Below are positions 8,227 through 13,729 of a DNA stretch of 13,729 nucleotides, in pieces; the first letter of the stretch is position 1; each line of letters opens with the position of its first letter. The notes below the pieces were generated by a model, which was not told the origin of the DNA, searched no databases, and saw only the letters and a program-made list of their open reading frames with translations. Both the position numbers and the translations under genes were made by a program. Location: NCBI GenBank assembly GCA_043228905.1, contig JBHGNT010000933.1, positions 1-13,729 on the forward strand, given 5' to 3'. This DNA is from Azolla caroliniana. Lineage: Eukaryota > Plantae > Polypodiophyta.

Positions 8227-10384
8227 ATGAGTGAAGATTCACCGTTCTCGATTGAAGAATATTGTTTGTCATCAGACCCATCGTTTTCTACTGAAGAGTA
8301 TTGTTTGTCAACAGAGTCACCATATTCAATTGAAGAATATTGTCTGTCAGCCGACTCACCATATTCTATCGAAGAATATTGTCTGAGCTCATCTACAGGG
8401 AACGTAAATAATGACACATGTGAAGAGTTCTCTATTGAAGAATACGATATTAATAAAGATACCGAGAATGAAGGTAGTGCCCAGGAAACATTGAATAACA
8501 TTGGCGATGGTCACAACAGAGAATTAGACTGTAACAAGGTTACACCAACCTCTATGCAGGAAGATAAATCTGGGAGCCCTATGCATATTAGAAGAATCCC
8601 ACGAAGAATTCGTCTGGCTAGATTTAGCTTGGTGACATTAGATAAATAGATTGGATTTGATGTCAAAAAAATATGTTGTGCCCGTGGTTGTATGTCTATG
8701 ATTGGAAAATCAAAGTTGCGAGAATTAAGGCAATACTATTTTTCGATGATTGGTGATGAGCAAGACACTTACCTCGGGTCACATATGCAACTAGTATCTG
8801 ACAAATGTACGGGGATCAAAGTATCATTCGAGTATTATATCTTCCATGCACAACAGATATGTAGAGTTGTATTCAAAATTGTGTTATGTGTTAGTAACAT
8901 GCGGCTACATAGAGTACAACAACCTCTACTTAGCGGGGATCAGATGCTCAATTGTAAAGAGGTTCCCAGTATGAAAGGTGCAATTGGAAGACATGTTATT
9001 GGCTGGATGAAAACTTACTTTCAGTTAAATTGTGAAGTAATGCCCACTACAGGTAGGATGTATCTTTCTGATAATTATACACGTCGGGAAGTTTATGATG
9101 TCTATCGATCTGATATGCTGGGCTCATGTAATAAGTCTATCACCTATAGCCAATTCACAAGATTATGGAGAGCTCGGTTTTCAAATGTTATTATTCCTCA
9201 TAAAGTACGTATGGGGTATTGCTCCATTTGTGCAAATCTTAAAAGTTTGGCTAAAGGTGCAAAGACATCAATGGAAAAGGATACGAGTAAGAAGTTACTA
9301 CAAGAGCATCGTGAGGCACAATCCTTAGAACGAAAGAAGGCGATGCATCATAGAGAGAAGTGTTTGAAGAGGCCCGAACAATACATGTGCTTAATGATAG
9401 ATGGCATGGACCAGAAGAAGACATGCTTGCCGCATATGCGAAGGCTCCCCAAAGACGTCAATGATGAGTGCCATGTTCAAATGCACTTGGTGGGATGCTT
9501 GGCTTATAATAGGTCTGTTCGACCTCACGTCTTCATTACTTACCCCAATGTTCACAATGACCCTAACCTAACAGTTACAGTGATTCACCGAGTTTTGATG
9601 TCTTGGGGCCAACCTTTCCCCCCTGTTCTATACATTCAATTGGACAATACTGCTAGAGAGAACAAAAATTCAACTGTATTTGGCTATCTAAGTATGTTGG
9701 TCAACCTAGAATTGTTTAGGAAAGTGAAAGTCAATTTCCTTTTGGTTGGCCACACACATGACCATATAGATCAAATGTTTAGCACATTCTCCAAACAATT
9801 GTCTCGGCATGATGCTTTCACTTTACCTAAACTATTTGATGTCATTTGTGATGCTTATACACCACGCCCAAAAGTGTTACACTTGAAGGAGGTATATGAC
9901 TTTAAGAGATATATATTAGATGGGGGTGGTGGGAATGTTAAAGTGCTTGCTCAGTTAAACAATATAAGTTTCAATCACGTTTTTATGATAAAGAAAAATG
10001 GAATAAGTGGTTCTACACTTTTGTATGCTAAACAATATTCATCTTCTACAACATGGGAACCTGAAGGTGGTTGCCAGTTATTACTTTGTATGCCGAGTAC
10101 AATTGTCCATGGAGCTAAGCAAATGCCAATTGAGAAGAAAGGACAGTTGTAGAGCGACTTGGTATCAGAACAAAAACGGTCATGGCTCCAAGCCTTAGAA
10201 GAAAAAAGAAAGCATATTGAGGCCGCCAAGAAATATGCCGCACAACAAGACACGTCATGGTGGGATGTATTTTATAGTGATCAGAAAGAAATTATAGACA
10301 ATTGTGTATATGTTGATAATTGGAATTTGGAAACGCCATTCACATGGTCGCTGCAACATGATCGCGTAAATAGAACTCCGGAGC
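8227..10384 (+). pseudogene. Sola1/DUF7869-like DDD transposase with two premature stops, 3' end interrupted by a copia LTR
   Basis: ORFs 8227-8649, 8692-10152 and 10159- are all in one frame, separated by single TAG codons (8647-8649, 10150-10152). Motifs: CCxxxC, ICRVVF..CVSNMRL, YCSIC, IDGMDQKK, QLDNTARENKN and FLLVGHTHDHIDQMFS (candidate D-D-D triad). Confidence 0.8.
8236..8391 (+). repeat. Four 39-bp coding repeats ([DE]SP[FY]SIEEYCLSx) at the transposase N-terminus
   Basis: DSPFSIEEYCLSS / DPSFSTEEYCLST / ESPYSIEEYCLSA / DSPYSIEEYCLSS, plus a partial FSIEEY at 8428-8445. Confidence 0.9.
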
Positions 10385-10649
10385 TGTTGAGCACAGTGCT
10401 CAGCCCCAACCGAGGAATATGATTAACTCACAGAAAACGGGAAATACAAAATGCACGAAGTCAATAGAGAGAAGAGTACACTGGATGTTTTACGTGGAAA
10501 ACCCTAAATGGGAAAAACCACGGGAGTGCAAGACTCCAACTATCACTATACGCTGGGAATGTACAATGGCGAGCTGCAAGGCGACGACCTTGAGCTCGCT
10601 GTCCTCGCCACAGGCGGCGGTATTACACAGAGGCGTCGACCTCTTCCTT

Positions 10650-10675
10650 TCTCTCTCTCTCTCACTCTCTCTCTC
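10650..10675. repeat. (CT)n microsatellite within the LTR
   Basis: tctctctctctctcactctctctctc. Confidence 0.9.
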
Positions 10676-10861
10676 GGCTGCTCTCGCTTCGCTCCCTCTA
10701 AGTGGAAAACAGAAAAAAATGAGCAACAACAACAAAACTGTTTGCCCTAAGTCATATTTATACACATATGACTTTCGGGCTATTTACAAATATAGCCTCA
10801 AGGGGCCTTGGCAAACATATTCACAAATATGTCCCTGCATCCGGATCTCTCTCCGGGTACA

Positions 10862-10998
10862 TTCATCATCCGGCTCCGTAACCGGGGTCTTCATCATCCG
10901 GCTCCGTAACCGGGGTCTTCATCATCCGGCTCCGTAGCCGGGGTCATCATCATCCGGATCCGCAGCCGGGTACTCTTCATCCTCCGGTTCCGTAACCG
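10862..10998. repeat. About five tandem 28-bp repeats in the LTR U3 region
   Basis: TTCATCATCCGGCTCCGTAACCGGGGTC at 10862, 10890 and 10918 (third copy with one change), diverged copies at 10946 and 10976. Confidence 0.9.
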
Positions 10999-11067
10999 CA
11001 GCCGGGCTTGCCGTCATTCATCTCCGGACATCCGACCATCCCATCCGGAGGGACCGTAATCCCAACA

Positions 11068-11079
11068 AACTCCCCCTTC
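11068..11079 (-). promoter_or_regulatory. Polypurine tract
   Basis: Minus strand GAAGGGGGAG-TT immediately precedes the TGTTG LTR start and overlaps the pol stop codon. Confidence 0.9.
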
Positions 11080-13324
11080 ACTTCGGCATGGGATGTCTCT
11101 CCAATCCGATCCTCTTCCGGCATGCTTCCAGCTTGTCGGGTGTGAGCACCTTGGTCAGCATATCCGACCCGTTCTCGTCCGTGTGGATCTTTGTCAGCAC
11201 GAACTCCTTGTCTTCTATCCTTTCCCGGATCCAGTGATATCTTCGCTGGATGTGCTTCGTCCGGGAGTGATAGGCCGCGTTCTTCGCAAGGTGGATGGCA
11301 CTTTGACTGTCGCAGTAGAGTCGGTACTCCTCCTGCCGGATACCGAGCTCTCTGATGAAGTCCTTCATCCATATTATTTCCTTGCCGGCTTCAACAGCCG
11401 CCATGTACTCCGCCTCCGTGGTTGACAACGCAACCGTCTTCTGCAGCCTCGACTGCCACGAAACAGCTCCCCCTGCATACGTCATCACATACCCTGATGT
11501 GGACTGGCTGGTATCTGCATCGGCCGACATATCCGAATCGGTAAAGCCGTCGAGTTTGGGCTTACCGGAGCCAAATCGGAGGCATACGTTTGCCGTGCCC
11601 TTCAGGTATCGGAGTATCCACTTGGCCGCGTTCCAGTGCTCTTTGCCGGGATTGCTCATGTACCGGCTCACCACTCCGACAGCATATCCTATGTCCGGTC
11701 TTGTACACACCATTGCGTACATCAAGCTTCCGACGGCAGAGGCATATGGTACTTTCATCATGTCCTCCTTCTCAGCCTTTGTCTTGGGGCTTTGCTTGCT
11801 GGACAACTTGCAGTTTGCCGGGAGGGTTGTCCCGACCGGTCTTGCTTCCGACATGTTGAACCGGTGAAGCACCTTTGTCACATACTTCTCCTGTGACAGC
11901 CACAACTGCTTCTTCTTCCGGTCCCGGATGATGTGCATCCCTAGTATTTGCCTCGCCGGACCCAGGTCCTTCATTGAGAAAGTTCGGTGAAGCGCTTTCT
12001 TCAGCATCCGTATCTTGGCCTGGTCCCGTCCGACGATCAACATGTCGTCCACGTACAGGAGGAGTATTAGAAAGTCTCCTCCTTCGAACTTCTTCACAAA
12101 CACGCAGTGATCGGACTGCGTTTTGTGGTACCCTTCGTCGGTCATGAAAGAGTCGAACTTCCGGTACCATTGCCGGGGAGCCTGCTTCAGTCCGTAAAGG
12201 CTCTTCTTCAACCGGCATACCAGGTGCTCCTTCCCTTTCTTCTCGAATCCTTCCGGTTGCTGCATGTAGATCTCTTCTTCGAGGTCACCGTGAAGGAATG
12301 CCGTCTTCACGTCCATCTGTTCTACCTCGAGGTCCATGCTTGCCGCTATGCTCAACACCGTCCGGATGGAGGTCATCTTCACTACCGGGGCAAATATCTC
12401 GTCGAAGTCGACGCCCTTCTTCTGCTGGAACCCCTTCACCACGATCCTGGCTTTGTATCTCGGGGGGTTTCCGGCATCTCCCGGTTTCAGCTTGAACACC
12501 CACTTGTTTCGAAGTGCCCGCTTTCCTTTCGGCAACTCCACAAGTTCATATGTGTGGTTCTCATGCAGGGAATCCATCTCCTCCTGCATGGCACTTAACC
12601 ACCTGCTGCTATGGGTGTCAAGCTTTGCTTCTTCAAAACTCTCCGGCTCCCCTTCGTCGGTTAGCAGCACGTGCTCTGGTTCCGGAAATCTCCAGGGGGC
12701 CCTTCTCTCTCTTAGAGGATATCTCCGTTCCGGAGCTTCGGTAACCGGCTCCTCCGTTTCCTCTTCATCCGAATCCATTTCGGGATCGGGGCCGGTTCCG
12801 GTATCAGATTCATCTTCCTCGGCCGGTTCTGTTTCTTCATCGTCTTCGGCCGGATCCTCGAGTGCTAACCGGTCCCTTGCCGGTCGGGACTGCTCCTCAT
12901 AGAGTTGATCCTCACCGGTCGACTTGGAGCTCTTCATCTTCTTCTCCGACTCCCAGTCGGCGAGTGTTTTGTCCTCCATGAAGATGATATCACGACTCCT
13001 GAATATCTTCTTGTTGACCGGGTCCCATACTCGGTAGCCGAACTCGTCGTCGCCGTAACCGAGGAATATGCATGGCCGGGTCTTTGGATCTAACTTTCCT
13101 CTCCGGTCCTTTGCCACATGCACATATGTGAGACACCCGAACACCTTCAGATGCCGGTAGGATACTTCCCTACCGGTCCACACTCTCTGCGGCGTGTCTC
13201 CGTCCAAAGGTACTGAGGGTGATCTGTTTATCACGTATGTCGCCGTCGACATTGCCTCAGCCCAAAACCCCTTGGGTAATTTCGCATGCGCCAGCATACT
13301 CCGGACCCTCTCCATTATGGTCCG
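11078..13324 (-). CDS. pol: Copia pol: integrase C-terminal part, reverse transcriptase, RNase H
   Basis: RTIMERVRSML, FLGYGDDEFGYRVWD, YKARIVVKG, MDVKTAFLHG, LYGLKQAPRQW, LLLYVDDML, GFTDSD, TTEAEY, CDSQSAI, SDMLTK; uninterrupted 745-aa ORF. Confidence 0.95.
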   Translation of the reverse strand, partial: RTIMERVRSMLAHAKLPKGFWAEAMSTATYVINRSPSVPLDGDTPQRVWTGREVSYRHLKVFGCLTYVHVAKDRRGKLDPKTRPCIFLGYGDDEFGYRVWDPVNKKIFRSRDIIFMEDKTLADWESEKKMKSSKSTGEDQLYEEQSRPARDRLALEDPAEDDEETEPAEEDESDTGTGPDPEMDSDEEETEEPVTEAPERRYPLRERRAPWRFPEPEHVLLTDEGEPESFEEAKLDTHSSRWLSAMQEEMDSLHENHTYELVELPKGKRALRNKWVFKLKPGDAGNPPRYKARIVVKGFQQKKGVDFDEIFAPVVKMTSIRTVLSIAASMDLEVEQMDVKTAFLHGDLEEEIYMQQPEGFEKKGKEHLVCRLKKSLYGLKQAPRQWYRKFDSFMTDEGYHKTQSDHCVFVKKFEGGDFLILLLYVDDMLIVGRDQAKIRMLKKALHRTFSMKDLGPARQILGMHIIRDRKKKQLWLSQEKYVTKVLHRFNMSEARPVGTTLPANCKLSSKQSPKTKAEKEDMMKVPYASAVGSLMYAMVCTRPDIGYAVGVVSRYMSNPGKEHWNAAKWILRYLKGTANVCLRFGSGKPKLDGFTDSDMSADADTSQSTSGYVMTYAGGAVSWQSRLQKTVALSTTEAEYMAAVEAGKEIIWMKDFIRELGIRQEEYRLYCDSQSAIHLAKNAAYHSRTKHIQRRYHWIRERIEDKEFVLTKIHTDENGSDMLTKVLTPDKLEACRKRIGLERHPMPK

Positions 13325-13729
13325 GTCTTGAGCGGAAGGAGGTCCGGTTTTGCTTACCGGCCAGACAGTCGGTACACTTCCCCAAGTGTACGTGCTTTAC
13401 CGGTATCAGGTTGTCTTCGGCAAGCCTCTTCATCCCCTTCTCGCTCATGTGGCACAGTCTCTTGTGCCACAGCTCACCGGCAGTGTCAGCTGCCACGTTC
13501 AGCTCCTCCGGACATAGCCGGGAATTCATCAGATACAGTGTGTTGACCTTCCGGGCCCGAGCCACTATCAGGCTCCCTTTGCTGAACTTCATGACACCGT
13601 TCCGGATGCTACCCGTGTAGCCTTCATCGTCTAGCCTCCCGGCCGAAATCAGGTTCAATCGAACCTCCGGAACGTGTCGGACATCCTTCAGCAGTATCTT
13701 GCATCCGGTTGATGTCATCAGCCACACGT
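13325..13729 (-). pseudogene. pol: Copia pol: end of protease region, pre-integrase region and integrase HHCC zinc finger, ending at a deletion/frameshift
   Basis: LKDVRHVPEVRLNLISAG, LWHKRLCHMSEKGM and CTDCLAGKQNRTSF, then a jump to RTIMER in another frame. Confidence 0.9.

Larger units (their letters stand above)
3719..10384. mobile_element. Putative two-gene Sola1/DUF7869-like DNA transposon (minimal extent; TIRs not identified)
   Basis: Divergent transposase and ParB-MTase genes share an AT-rich intergenic region with repeats, with no TE junction seen between them. The right part is interrupted by the copia insertion at 10385. Unity of the element is inferred. Confidence 0.6.
10385..11067 (-). 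mobile_element. 3' LTR of the copia element (683 bp)
   Basis: TGTTG...CAACA termini, adjacent to the PPT; minus-strand TATAAAT at 10756-10762. Confidence 0.9.
10385..13729 (-). mobile_element. Ty1/copia LTR retrotransposon (Tnt1-like), 3' half; continues beyond the window
   Basis: INT-RT-RNase H domain order, PPT and 3' LTR all present. Expected TSD is GGAGC (10380-10384); its partner is outside the window. Confidence 0.97.

Noticed and set aside
10419-13620. Plus-strand and alternate-frame ORFs over the copia LTR and pol
   Set aside because: Shadow ORFs of GC-rich coding DNA or microsatellite-derived low-complexity translations with no recognisable motifs.

Overview
Eukaryotic, most likely land-plant, transposon-dense DNA; a bryophyte- or fern-like host is inference only. 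It is a nested stack of elements. (1) A decayed Ty1/copia gag-protease (minus; 1-58 and 831-1805) has its protease active site split by a 772-bp solo LTR (59-830), and its gag start is cut off by a second LTR-like sequence beginning at 1806. (2) The centre is a probable two-gene DNA transposon. On plus is a Sola1/DUF7869-like DDD transposase (8227 to at least 10384, two in-frame TAG stops). Divergently on minus is an intron-containing gene (exons reconstructed 6483-3719, possibly starting at 7392) encoding a ParB/Srx-like domain fused to a bacterial-type N6-adenine/N4-cytosine (beta-class-like) DNA methyltransferase. Between them lie eight 25-bp palindromes (GAACTCGATAC-NNN-GTATCGAGTTC) at an exact 51-bp period (6927-7308). 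(3) A younger GC- and CCGG-rich Tnt1-like copia element (10385 to beyond 13729, minus) is inserted in the transposase 3' end, with an intact RT/RNase H and a deleted integrase core. The candidate undescribed system is the transposase + ParB-methyltransferase + phased palindrome array module. All family calls come from motifs read by eye; no searches were run.
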